A stretch of 64,000 bases of DNA, taken from Erysipelotrichaceae bacterium. GTDB lineage: Bacteria > Bacillota_I > Bacilli_A > Erysipelotrichales > Erysipelotrichaceae. This document shows, piece after piece, positions 9,390 to 17,973 of this stretch; within the stretch, counting starts at the first letter, position 1; each line of letters starts with the position of its first letter. The notes beneath the pieces were generated by a model. That model did not search any database, had not been told where the DNA came from, and saw only the letters and a program-made list of their open reading frames with translations. The stretch lies in assembly GCA_017432895.1 (NCBI GenBank), contig JAFRIG010000007.1, positions 927-64,926 on the forward strand, written 5' to 3'. Both the position numbers and the translations under genes were made by a program.

Positions 9390-10019
9390 ATGCTGCACAA
9401 TCGTTTTTTGATCATTGACTTCTATACGCCGGAAGGTCGCTTCTATTGCGAAGAGATCAGAGGAGATCTCGATCTGTTTCATGCAGGCTGTATCTTCTCT
9501 TTCCTTATCGGTGCAGATGAAGATCAGTGCTTTGCGTTTCTACGTGACGAAAGATACTATGTCATGGAGGCACTGTATCTGGAAGGTAAGGAAGATCTTA
9601 AGAAGATGAACGAATATCGTCTTGAGGATCTGGGCAGGGATTTTGAATTCCTGTATGGAGATGATCGTCATTACCGCTGTCACGTAATCGGACACCGCAA
9701 CAGTTTGAACAACGAGCTGATCGTCAATAGTGAAGACAGCCGTCCCTTCAAACGTTACGGAGGCTGGCTTTATGAAAGAAAAAGGCCACGTCTCGACCAG
9801 AAGAAACTGCTGTCTTACCTTAATACCTTTCTGAATAGGCAGCAGTTCTTCGGTTTTGAAATGAAGCTGGAGAAGATCGATGAGGAAGAGCTTGTTCCTT
9901 ACAACAGGGAACAGCTCTTCAAAGAACCGTATGAACGTTTACGGAAAGACGGAAAGCTTGAGATGCTTAAGAAGAATAAGGAAGATCCCAAACTGCTGAA
10001 GAAGAAGTATTCGGGTTAA
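9390..10019 (+). CDS. Divergent pRiA4b ORF-3-like paralog with a basic C-terminal tail
   Basis: Shares its layout with the upstream gene ('FYCEEIRGDLDLFHAGCIF...LEDLGRDFEFLYGDDRHYRCHV'), but the DFGDDW core is degraded. The C-terminus is K/R-rich. RBS GGGGG precedes the ATG. Confidence 0.55.
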   Translation: MLHNRFLIIDFYTPEGRFYCEEIRGDLDLFHAGCIFSFLIGADEDQCFAFLRDERYYVMEALYLEGKEDLKKMNEYRLEDLGRDFEFLYGDDRHYRCHVIGHRNSLNNELIVNSEDSRPFKRYGGWLYERKRPRLDQKKLLSYLNTFLNRQQFFGFEMKLEKIDEEELVPYNREQLFKEPYERLRKDGKLEMLKKNKEDPKLLKKKYSG

Positions 10020-10185
10020 AGATCTTCATATCTGGAGGCTGAAAAAGCTCTTTCCTGAGGCGAAAAAGGGTGCTGATTATCAGTTGTTCAACAGGCGTTT
10101 TTAACGCTCAGAAAGCTTAAGTTTAGTTCTGCTTTTAATGAAAATTTTCATAGAAAAAGGGTCATATTTCCGGGAAATAAAAACA

Positions 10186-10246
10186 AGTTGAAATTTCAAG
10201 TTTTTTTAAGCTTTTTAGTTGAACTTTCAACTATATGCCTTATAAT
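10186..10246 (+). promoter_or_regulatory. Two inverted-repeat operator candidates (AGTTGAA-N2-TTCAACT) overlapping a sigma-A-type promoter of the nrd operon
   Basis: Site 1 (10186-10201) is AGTTGAAatTTCAAGT, with 6/7 arm matches. Site 2 (10217-10232) is AGTTGAActTTCAACT, a perfect match. Their centres are 31 bp apart. TTGAAC (10219-10224), a 16-nt spacer and TATAAT (10241-10246) form a promoter whose -35 element lies inside site 2. Confidence 0.55.
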
Positions 10247-10264
10247 TGGAATTACAGGTACGAT

Positions 10265-11410
10265 ATGAGCGAGAATAATTACCTAAGTCTCGATTCCTCT
10301 GTTTTGTATCGCTGTAATCAGAAACATTTCGATAAACTGTTGGACAAATACAGTATCGGCTATACACAATTGATCCTTCTCACGCAGATCTATGAGAATG
10401 AAGGCATATCGATGAATGAGCTGGCTGTCAGAGGTGTTTTTGATAAGGGCACTGTTACCAAATCGATCCAAAGACTTGAACAGTTAGCTTATGTACGCAT
10501 CGAAAACAGTGAAGTCGACAAACGCGCAAAACTCTTATTTTCTTCCGAAAAGACCCAGGAGATCATGCCTGATCTCTATAGGATGCGTTCGGAATGGAAC
10601 TCGTATCTGTCTAGTGAAATAAGCGGCGAAGAGCTGGATACCTACAACAGGGTCCAGGCCAGACTGGTGGAAAAGGCCAGGGAATATGCCCGCGAGATGG
10701 AAGATGAAGGAGTGCGGTTCTATGGTCTACAGAAACTGACTCTGCTGGACTATCCGGGCAACATGGCCTGTACGGTCTTTACCGGCGGCTGCAACTTCCG
10801 CTGTCCGTTCTGTCACAACCGTTCACTGGTCTTCCTCAATGAGAATGATTCGGAGATCGCCAGCAGCGACATCTTCGACTTTCTCAAAGGGCGAAACAAG
10901 ATCCTGGATGGCGTGTGCATCACGGGTGGCGAACCGCTGCTTCATAAAGGGATCAGGGACTTTATCAAACGGGTCAAGGACCTGGGACTTAAGGTCAAGC
11001 TTGATACCAACGGTTCAAACAGCGGATATCTGAAAAGACTTATCGATGAAGGATTGGTCGATTATGTGGCGATGGATATCAAGAACTGCAAAGAGAAATA
11101 CGCCATGACGATCGGGGCCGAGACTTATGATCTCAGCGAGATCGAAAAAAGTGTTGCCTTACTTTTGGAAGGCAAAGTTGATTATGAATTCCGTACGACG
11201 GTAGTCAGAGAATTCCATGAAGCGCAGGATATCGAAAAGATCGGCGAATGGATAAGGGGAGCGAAGAATTACTTCCTGCAGAATTTCGAAGATCAGGGAA
11301 CCTGTATCCAGTCCGGACTTGGTGAGGTCGGGCTGGAAACGCTGGAGGAAATGAAGAGACTGGCGGCGCCGTACGTTGAGAATATTGAAATTAGGGGAAT
11401 AAAGGAGTAG
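10265..11410 (+). CDS. nrdG: MarR-family winged-helix domain fused to anaerobic ribonucleotide reductase activating protein (radical SAM)
   Basis: The N-terminal ~145 aa are MarR-like ('YTQLILLTQIYENEGISMNELAVRGVFDKGTVTKSIQRLEQLAYVRIENSEVDKRAKLL'). The C-terminal ~230 aa are activase-like, with the CxxxCxxC motif 'CNFRCPFCHN' (nt 10790-10813). The longest ORF starts at 10235, but that ATG lies upstream of the predicted -10 box, so I prefer the ATG at 10265. Confidence 0.85.
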   Translation: MSENNYLSLDSSVLYRCNQKHFDKLLDKYSIGYTQLILLTQIYENEGISMNELAVRGVFDKGTVTKSIQRLEQLAYVRIENSEVDKRAKLLFSSEKTQEIMPDLYRMRSEWNSYLSSEISGEELDTYNRVQARLVEKAREYAREMEDEGVRFYGLQKLTLLDYPGNMACTVFTGGCNFRCPFCHNRSLVFLNENDSEIASSDIFDFLKGRNKILDGVCITGGEPLLHKGIRDFIKRVKDLGLKVKLDTNGSNSGYLKRLIDEGLVDYVAMDIKNCKEKYAMTIGAETYDLSEIEKSVALLLEGKVDYEFRTTVVREFHEAQDIEKIGEWIRGAKNYFLQNFEDQGTCIQSGLGEVGLETLEEMKRLAAPYVENIEIRGIKE

Positions 11411-11415
11411 TAATT

Positions 11416-13794
11416 ATGTACCGTGTAGTAAAAAGAGATGGAAAGGTCGTCGATTTCGATTTAAGCAAGATCTCGGATGCGATCACTAAGGCGTTCGACG
11501 CCTGCAAGAAGGAGTATCATCCCGATGTTATCAATCTGCTGGCTTTAAGAGTCACTTCCGACTTTTCTTCCAAAGTCAAAGATGAAAAGGTCACTGTCGA
11601 AGACATTCAGGACTCGGTAGAAAAGACCTTGTCCGAAGCCGGCTATCCGGATGTAGCCAAGGCTTACATCTTATACAGAAAGCAGAGAGAAAAAGCCAGA
11701 AATATTTCGACCACGATGCTGGACTACAAGAAACTGGTCGATTCCTATGTCAATGCGATCGACTGGCGTGTCAAGGAAAATTCCACCGTCACTTATTCCG
11801 TCGGTGGTCTGATCCTGTCCAACTCGGGTGCCGTCACAGCCAACTATTGGCTCTCTGAAGTCTATGACGAAGAGATCGGCAGTGCTCACAAGGATGGCGA
11901 TATGCATATCCACGACTTGAGCATGCTGACGGGGTATTGCGCCGGCTGGTCATTGAAGCAGCTGATCGAAGAAGGTTTAGGTGGTGTCAATGGTAAGATC
12001 ACCTCGACGCCAGCCAACCATTTGTCTACGCTGTGCAACCAGATGGTCAACTTCCTTGGTATCATGCAGAACGAATGGGCCGGTGCTCAGGCCTTCTCGT
12101 CCTTCGATACCTATCTGGCACCTTTCGTCAAGATCGACAACCTCTCATATAAAGAAGTCAAACAGAACATTCAGTCTTTCATCTATGGCGTCAATACGCC
12201 TTCCCGCTGGGGTACGCAAGCTCCGTTCACCAATGTCACATTGGACTGGACCGTACCTGAGGATCTGGCTGATCAGTATTGCATCGTCGGCGGCCGTACC
12301 TTGGACTTCAAGTACAAGGACTGCAAGAAAGAAATGGATATGGTCAACAAGGCCTTCATCGAAGTCATGATCGAAGGCGATGCCAACGGCCGTGGCTTCC
12401 AGTATCCGATCCCGACTTACTCCATCACCAGAGAATTCGACTGGTCCGATACGGAAAATAACCGCATGCTGTTTGAAATGACGGCCAAATACGGTACGCC
12501 TTACTTCTCCAACTACGTCAACTCCGACATGAAGCCTTCCGATATCAGATCGATGTGCTGCCGTCTGAGACTCGACCTTAGAGAACTGCGCAAGAAATCC
12601 GGCGGTTTCTTCGGTTCCGGCGAATCGACCGGTTCGGTCGGTGTCGTCACCCTCAACCTGCCAAGGATCGCCTATCTGGCCCGCGACAAGGAAGACTTCT
12701 ACAAACGTCTGGATAACCTGATGGATATCGCCGCCAGGTCACTGCATGTCAAGAGAGAAGTCATCACCAAGCTGTTAGACAATGGTTTGTATCCTTATAC
12801 CAAGAGATATCTGGGCACCTTCAACAACCACTTCTCGACCATCGGTCTGGTCGGCATGAACGAGGCCTGCCTCAATGCCAACTGGATCAGAAAGGATCTG
12901 ACCGATCCGGTTTCGCAGGAATTTGCGATCGAAGTGCTCAACTACATGCGCAAGCGTCTGGTCATGTACCAGGAGATGTACCACGATCTCTACAACCTGG
13001 AAGCTACCCCGGCTGAATCGACAGCCTACAGACTGGCCAAGCACGACAAGGAGAAATATCCGGATATCATCACGGCCGGCAAGGAAGGCGAGACGCCTTA
13101 CTACACCAACTCTTCACATCTGCCGGTCGGCTATACGGAAGATATCTTCACGGCTCTGGATGTTCAGGATCAGTTGCAGACCCTCTACACTTCCGGTACC
13201 GTCTTCCATTGCTTCTTAGGCGAGAAGCTGCCTGACTGGAAAGCGGCAGCCAACCTGGTCAAGAAGATCTCCGACAACTACAAGCTTCCTTACTACACGA
13301 TGTCGCCGACTTACTCGATCTGTCCGGAACACGGCTATATTACCGGTGAAGCTTATACCTGCCCGAAGTGCGGCAAGAAGACCGAAGTCTGGTCAAGGAT
13401 CACCGGTTACTATCGTCCGGTCCAGAACTGGAACGATGGCAAGGTCCAGGAGTTCAAGCACCGTAAGGAATACAACATCGAATCTTCCGTCATGAAGGCC
13501 AGAGACATCATGAACGATGTCCTGGAGGCCAAGAAGGAAGAAGAGGCCAAGCCTGTTGTCAGTTTCGATCTGCCGACGATCTATGTTCAGGATCATTGCC
13601 CCAAGTGCAAGGGTGCCGAACAGCGTTTACAGATAAGCGGTATTGAACACAGGATCGTAAACTGCAGTGAAAATATGGATGAAGCCAGAAGGCTCAACCT
13701 GACCGAAACACCGACCATCATCGATCCGGATGGCACGATGTTTGTAGGTGCCAATGCGGCAGCCGACTGGATGAAGTACCATAACAGCAAGTAA
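11416..13794 (+). CDS. nrdD: Anaerobic ribonucleoside-triphosphate reductase (class III) with N-terminal ATP-cone and a C-terminal NrdH/glutaredoxin-like extension
   Basis: ATP-cone 'MYRVVKRDGKVVDFDLSKISDAI'. Active-site stretch 'SMCCRLRLD'. Zn-ribbon 'CPEH...CPKCG'. Glycyl-radical motif 'SRITGYYRPV'. A further ~80 aa (nt 13552-13791) read 'IYVQDHCPKCKGAEQRL...TETPTIIDPDG', a thioredoxin fold with a CxxC and a cis-Pro-like TP. Confidence 0.95.
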   Translation: MYRVVKRDGKVVDFDLSKISDAITKAFDACKKEYHPDVINLLALRVTSDFSSKVKDEKVTVEDIQDSVEKTLSEAGYPDVAKAYILYRKQREKARNISTTMLDYKKLVDSYVNAIDWRVKENSTVTYSVGGLILSNSGAVTANYWLSEVYDEEIGSAHKDGDMHIHDLSMLTGYCAGWSLKQLIEEGLGGVNGKITSTPANHLSTLCNQMVNFLGIMQNEWAGAQAFSSFDTYLAPFVKIDNLSYKEVKQNIQSFIYGVNTPSRWGTQAPFTNVTLDWTVPEDLADQYCIVGGRTLDFKYKDCKKEMDMVNKAFIEVMIEGDANGRGFQYPIPTYSITREFDWSDTENNRMLFEMTAKYGTPYFSNYVNSDMKPSDIRSMCCRLRLDLRELRKKSGGFFGSGESTGSVGVVTLNLPRIAYLARDKEDFYKRLDNLMDIAARSLHVKREVITKLLDNGLYPYTKRYLGTFNNHFSTIGLVGMNEACLNANWIRKDLTDPVSQEFAIEVLNYMRKRLVMYQEMYHDLYNLEATPAESTAYRLAKHDKEKYPDIITAGKEGETPYYTNSSHLPVGYTEDIFTALDVQDQLQTLYTSGTVFHCFLGEKLPDWKAAANLVKKISDNYKLPYYTMSPTYSICPEHGYITGEAYTCPKCGKKTEVWSRITGYYRPVQNWNDGKVQEFKHRKEYNIESSVMKARDIMNDVLEAKKEEEAKPVVSFDLPTIYVQDHCPKCKGAEQRLQISGIEHRIVNCSENMDEARRLNLTETPTIIDPDGTMFVGANAAADWMKYHNSK

Positions 13795-13812
13795 ACAGTT
13801 ATTCTATTGTGA

Positions 13813-13840
13813 GGCTCTCACTAAGGTGAGGGCCTTTTCT
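13813..13840 (+). terminator. Rho-independent terminator after nrdD
   Basis: GGCTCTCAC (13813-13821) pairs with GTGAGGGCC (13826-13834) with one mismatch, loop TAAG, then TTTT. Confidence 0.7.
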
Positions 13841-13896
13841 TATGCGCAAAATCAGAAAAGGCTTTTGAAAAAGGAATTAAATGACATAAAGTCAAT

Positions 13897-13913
13897 AATA
13901 AGACATCTTATAA
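13897..13913 (+). promoter_or_regulatory. Palindrome ATAAGAcaTCTTAT overlapping a TATAAT -10 box upstream of the MarR gene (candidate autoregulatory operator)
   Basis: Perfect 6-bp arms with a 2-nt spacer (13897-13910). TATAAT lies at 13908-13913, and the RBS AAAGGAG lies 8 nt before the ATG at 13945. Confidence 0.45.
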
Positions 13914-13944
13914 TAAGGTAGCTTACTAATGAAAGGAGATCTTT

Positions 13945-14382
13945 ATGGCGCAAGACAGAAATATCGAACTGATGAATCTGATCAGATCGTGCGAAAACAT
14001 CATCAAACGCACCAGGCAAAATAGTGAACAGACCAGCCATGGTCACGGTCGGATCATCGGAGCAATATATAAAAACGACGGTATCAACCAGTCGGAACTG
14101 GCGGATGTCCTGGAGATCCGGCCGCAATCGCTGACCAGAGCTCTGGCTCAGCTGGAAGAAGACGGTCTCATAAAGCGTAAAAGAGCGGAAAATGACCGGC
14201 GCAATGTCACGGTGCACATCACGGAAAAAGGCATGGAAAGACACGATCGTTTTGATGAGATGCGCATCGAAAGAGCCAACAGGATCTTCGATTGTCTGGA
14301 TGAAAGACAAAAGGATGAACTGTATCAGTTATTAAGTCAGGTCGTCGAGACCTATTGCCGGAAAGAAAAGGGGGATAAATAA
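13945..14382 (+). CDS. MarR family transcriptional regulator
   Basis: 145 aa. 'INQSELADVLEIRPQSLTRALAQLEEDGLIKRKRAENDRRNVTVHITEKG' is a canonical MarR wHTH and wing. Confidence 0.9.
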   Translation: MAQDRNIELMNLIRSCENIIKRTRQNSEQTSHGHGRIIGAIYKNDGINQSELADVLEIRPQSLTRALAQLEEDGLIKRKRAENDRRNVTVHITEKGMERHDRFDEMRIERANRIFDCLDERQKDELYQLLSQVVETYCRKEKGDK

Positions 14383-16124
14383 TGTTCAGACTGTTTAGAA
14401 AAATGACTCCTCAGCATGTCTTCTATATGCTGGGACTGGTCGTTTTTATCACGGCTCAGGTCGTACTGGAGCTGACGGTACCGGATTACATGTCCGATAT
14501 CACAAAGCTCGTCAATACGCCGGGCTCTTCGATAAGTGCGATCTGGAAATGCGGGGAGATGATGATCTTTCTCTCCCTTTTGGCTTTTATTTCCTCTTTG
14601 ATCGGCAAGTATTTCTCTTCGAAGCTGGCGGCCTCTTTCTCTCAACACCTGCGCTGGCAGATCTTCCAGAGAGTCGAAGCTTTCTCGATGGAAGAGATCG
14701 ACCGTTTTTCGACGGCTTCTTTGATCACCAGGTCGACCAATGACTGTACCCAGATCCAGAACATCATGTCCCGGGCTTTCAACCAGGTGATCAGAGTACC
14801 GATCATGGCGGGTTTTGCCTTGTTCAAGATCTCGACCCGTTACTGGCAATGGATGGCTTTTACGGCCGCTTCGGTCTCACTGTTACTGGCATTACTGGTC
14901 TTTTTGATCATCTATGCCCATCCGCGTTTCCGCAAGATGCAGTACTATACCGACAATATCAACCAGGTCACCAGAGAAAATATGACCGGTATGCGAGTCG
15001 TCAGGGCCTATAATGCGGAAGAATACGAAGAAAACAAATTCGACAAGGCCAATAGTGAATATACGGAAAATGCCCTCAAGGCCAGAAGAGCGATGGGCCT
15101 GATGCAGCCGATGACGAAGTTCATCAACAATGAGCTCAATGTCGGTATCTATTGCATCGGTGCTTTCCTGATCGCTGCAGCCGGAGCAAGTGAACAGCTG
15201 GAGATCTTCTCCGAGATGGTAGTCTTCTCCACTTATGCGGCCAGGATCGTTCGAGCCTTCATGGGCCTCAATATGATCTTCAATATGATCCCCAGAGCCC
15301 AGGTCGCCGCGGAAAGGATCAATGCGATCCTGGATACGAAACCCAGCATCGTCGATGGGCCAAAAGAAGAAGGCGAGGGCAAGAAAGGAAATCTGGAATT
15401 CAGAAATGTCTCCTTCACTTATCCCGGAGCCAATGTTCCGGCCCTGGAAGACGTCTCATTTACGGCTGAAAAGGGTCAGATCGTGGCCTTTATCGGTGCG
15501 ACCGGTTCGGGCAAGTCGACACTGGTCAACCTGATGATGCGCTTCTTTGATGTCAGCAAGGGCAGTATCCTTGTCGATGGAACGGATGTGAAAGACTACA
15601 AGCAGAAGGATCTGCATGAAAAGATGGGTTATGCTTCCCAGCAGGCGGTGTTATTTACCGGTACTGTTCGAAGCAATGTCACCTATGCCCATGAGGATAT
15701 CGAAGAAAAAGTCAGAAAAGCGGTCAGGATCGCTCAGGCGGAAGAATTCGTTTCGCAAATGGAAGGGGATATCAATGCCCCGATCACCAGAGGCGGTACC
15801 AATGTCTCGGGTGGTCAGAAGCAAAGGTTGTCGATTGCCAGAGCGGTATATCGGGAACCGGAGTTCTATATCTTCGATGACACTTTCTCGGCTTTGGACT
15901 ATAAGACCGACAGGATCTTAAGGGCGGCTTTAAGAAACGAAACAGCCGGCGTTACGACCTTCATCGTTGCACAACGTATCGGCACCATCAAGGATGCGGA
16001 TAAGATCATTGTGCTGGATGAAGGCAAGATCGTGGGGGAAGGTACTCATCAGGAACTGATGAAGGATTGCCTCATTTATCAGGAGATCGCAAAGACACAG
16101 TTGTCTCAGGAGGAATTGGCATAA
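14382..16124 (+). CDS. ABC exporter half-transporter (TMD-NBD), subunit with a non-catalytic Walker B (degenerate-site partner)
   Basis: Six predicted N-terminal TM helices. Walker A 'GATGSGKST', signature 'VSGGQKQRLSIARA', Walker B 'FYIFDDTFSALD' (Asp where the catalytic Glu is expected). The start overlaps the MarR stop (TAATG). Confidence 0.9.
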   Translation: MFRLFRKMTPQHVFYMLGLVVFITAQVVLELTVPDYMSDITKLVNTPGSSISAIWKCGEMMIFLSLLAFISSLIGKYFSSKLAASFSQHLRWQIFQRVEAFSMEEIDRFSTASLITRSTNDCTQIQNIMSRAFNQVIRVPIMAGFALFKISTRYWQWMAFTAASVSLLLALLVFLIIYAHPRFRKMQYYTDNINQVTRENMTGMRVVRAYNAEEYEENKFDKANSEYTENALKARRAMGLMQPMTKFINNELNVGIYCIGAFLIAAAGASEQLEIFSEMVVFSTYAARIVRAFMGLNMIFNMIPRAQVAAERINAILDTKPSIVDGPKEEGEGKKGNLEFRNVSFTYPGANVPALEDVSFTAEKGQIVAFIGATGSGKSTLVNLMMRFFDVSKGSILVDGTDVKDYKQKDLHEKMGYASQQAVLFTGTVRSNVTYAHEDIEEKVRKAVRIAQAEEFVSQMEGDINAPITRGGTNVSGGQKQRLSIARAVYREPEFYIFDDTFSALDYKTDRILRAALRNETAGVTTFIVAQRIGTIKDADKIIVLDEGKIVGEGTHQELMKDCLIYQEIAKTQLSQEELA

Positions 16125-16125
16125 T

Positions 16126-17973
16126 ATGGCAAAGAACAGTTACAGTTTAGGCCAGGTCGAAATGAAGACCTCCGGCGGAGGCAAACGGGGTGGCATGAAT
16201 GCGGCCGAAAAGCCCAAAGACTTTACCAGTGCCTGGATTATGGTACTTAAATATTCAAAGAGACTGATGCCGATGGTGGTATTGGGTATTGCCTGTGCGA
16301 TCTTAAGTGTCATTTTGACATTATTCGGACCCGATACCTTGAAGAATATCACCAACCTGATCTCGCAGGGCATGCAGGATGGAAATATGCAGTTAGAAAA
16401 GATCGCCAATATGACGACCAGGATCATGCTGATATATCTGGCCAGTGCGGTCATTACTTATATTGAATCTTATACGATGACCACTTATTCCTCCCGTCTG
16501 ACGCAGATGATGCGCACAGACATCTCCCATAAACTCAACGCCATTCCTTTGTCAAGGACCGACTCTTCAAGCTTTGGTGATCTGTTATCGAGAGTTACCA
16601 ATGATGTCGATACCTTGAACATGGCTTTGGATAAGACGATCGCCGAACTGGTGGCGGCCGTGATCACCTTTGTGGGTTGTGCGGTCATGATGCTGATAAC
16701 CAATGTGCAGCTCGCTTTGGCGGCTATCGGCTTTGCCTTGCTGGGCTTTATAGCCATGCGTTTCATCATCAAATACTCGCAGCCTTTCTTTGTCAACCGT
16801 TCCCATTACCTCGGTTTACTCAATGGGCACATCGAAGAGATGTTTGCGGGACATGTCATCGTCAAGGCCTACAATGGCGAGAAGGATTCGGAAAATACCT
16901 TTAAACAGATCAATGAAAAGCTTTATGAAGCCAACTGGAAGTCCCAGTATCTCTCCGGCATGATGATGCCGATCATGGAACTGGTTTCCAATCTGGGCTA
17001 TGTGGCAGTCTGTGTTTACGGGGCTTATTTGGTAAGCAAGGGCGTGATCGATTTCGGCGTTATCGTCGCCTTCATCGTCTACGTCAAACTCTTTACGCAA
17101 CCCTTGACACAGGTCGCTGAAGGCACAACTTCCTTACAGACGGCGGCTGCGGCAGCCGAAAGGATCTTCCAGCTTTTCCAGGAAGAAGAGATGGAAGATG
17201 AGACGGGCAAGATCGAAAAGATCGAGCATATCGAAGAAGCCGATGTCGTCTTCGACCATGTCAATTTCGGCTATCGTCCGGAGAGAACGATCATCAACGA
17301 TTTCAATTTCACGGTCTATCCGGGTCATCATGTGGCGATCGTCGGTCCTACCGGGGCAGGCAAAACGACCCTGGTCAATCTGCTGATGCGTTTCTATGAA
17401 GTAAACAGCGGATCGATCAGTATCGGCGGCATCAAGACTTCGGATATGACCAGAGAATGCGTCCACTCCCTGTTTGGTATGGTGCTTCAGGATACCTGGC
17501 TCTTCAATGGTTCGGTCAGGGACAACCTGATCTTCGGCAAGAAGGATGTCAGTGAGGAAAAGATGATCGAAGCCTGCAAGGCGGTCGGCATCCACCACTA
17601 CATCACCTCTTTACCGCAAGGCTATGACACGATATTGACGGATGATTCCAATATGTCGGTCGGTCAAAGGCAACTGATGACCATCGCCCGAGCGATGATC
17701 AACAATGCGCCATTGCTGATCCTGGATGAAGCGACTTCTTCAGTCGATACCAGGACCGAGCAGATGGTTCAGGATGCCATGAACAAGCTCACGGAAGGAA
17801 GAACATCCTTTACGATCGCTCACAGATTGTCGACCATTCGCGATGCGGATATCATCCTGGTCATGAAGGATGGCGATATCGTGGAGACCGGCAATCACAA
17901 AGAATTACTGGAAATGAAAGGCGTTTATGCCGATTTGTGGAACTCACAATTTACGGAAGGAGCAGCAATCTAA
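16126..17973 (+). CDS. ABC exporter half-transporter (TMD-NBD), consensus-site subunit
   Basis: Walker A 'GPTGAGKTT', Walker B 'LLILDEATSSVD', deviant signature 'MSVGQRQLMTIARA'. This complements the upstream subunit in the manner of BmrCD, LmrCD or TM287/288 heterodimers. Confidence 0.9.
   Translation: MAKNSYSLGQVEMKTSGGGKRGGMNAAEKPKDFTSAWIMVLKYSKRLMPMVVLGIACAILSVILTLFGPDTLKNITNLISQGMQDGNMQLEKIANMTTRIMLIYLASAVITYIESYTMTTYSSRLTQMMRTDISHKLNAIPLSRTDSSSFGDLLSRVTNDVDTLNMALDKTIAELVAAVITFVGCAVMMLITNVQLALAAIGFALLGFIAMRFIIKYSQPFFVNRSHYLGLLNGHIEEMFAGHVIVKAYNGEKDSENTFKQINEKLYEANWKSQYLSGMMMPIMELVSNLGYVAVCVYGAYLVSKGVIDFGVIVAFIVYVKLFTQPLTQVAEGTTSLQTAAAAAERIFQLFQEEEMEDETGKIEKIEHIEEADVVFDHVNFGYRPERTIINDFNFTVYPGHHVAIVGPTGAGKTTLVNLLMRFYEVNSGSISIGGIKTSDMTRECVHSLFGMVLQDTWLFNGSVRDNLIFGKKDVSEEKMIEACKAVGIHHYITSLPQGYDTILTDDSNMSVGQRQLMTIARAMINNAPLLILDEATSSVDTRTEQMVQDAMNKLTEGRTSFTIAHRLSTIRDADIILVMKDGDIVETGNHKELLEMKGVYADLWNSQFTEGAAI

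Noticed and set aside
1637-10019. Treating the 1.6-10 kb block as a defined mobile genomic island
   Set aside because: I could find no integrase, transposase, tRNA target, or flanking direct or inverted repeats. Only the synteny break and the AT-rich spacer point that way, so the block is reported as a hypothesis and not as a mobile_element feature.
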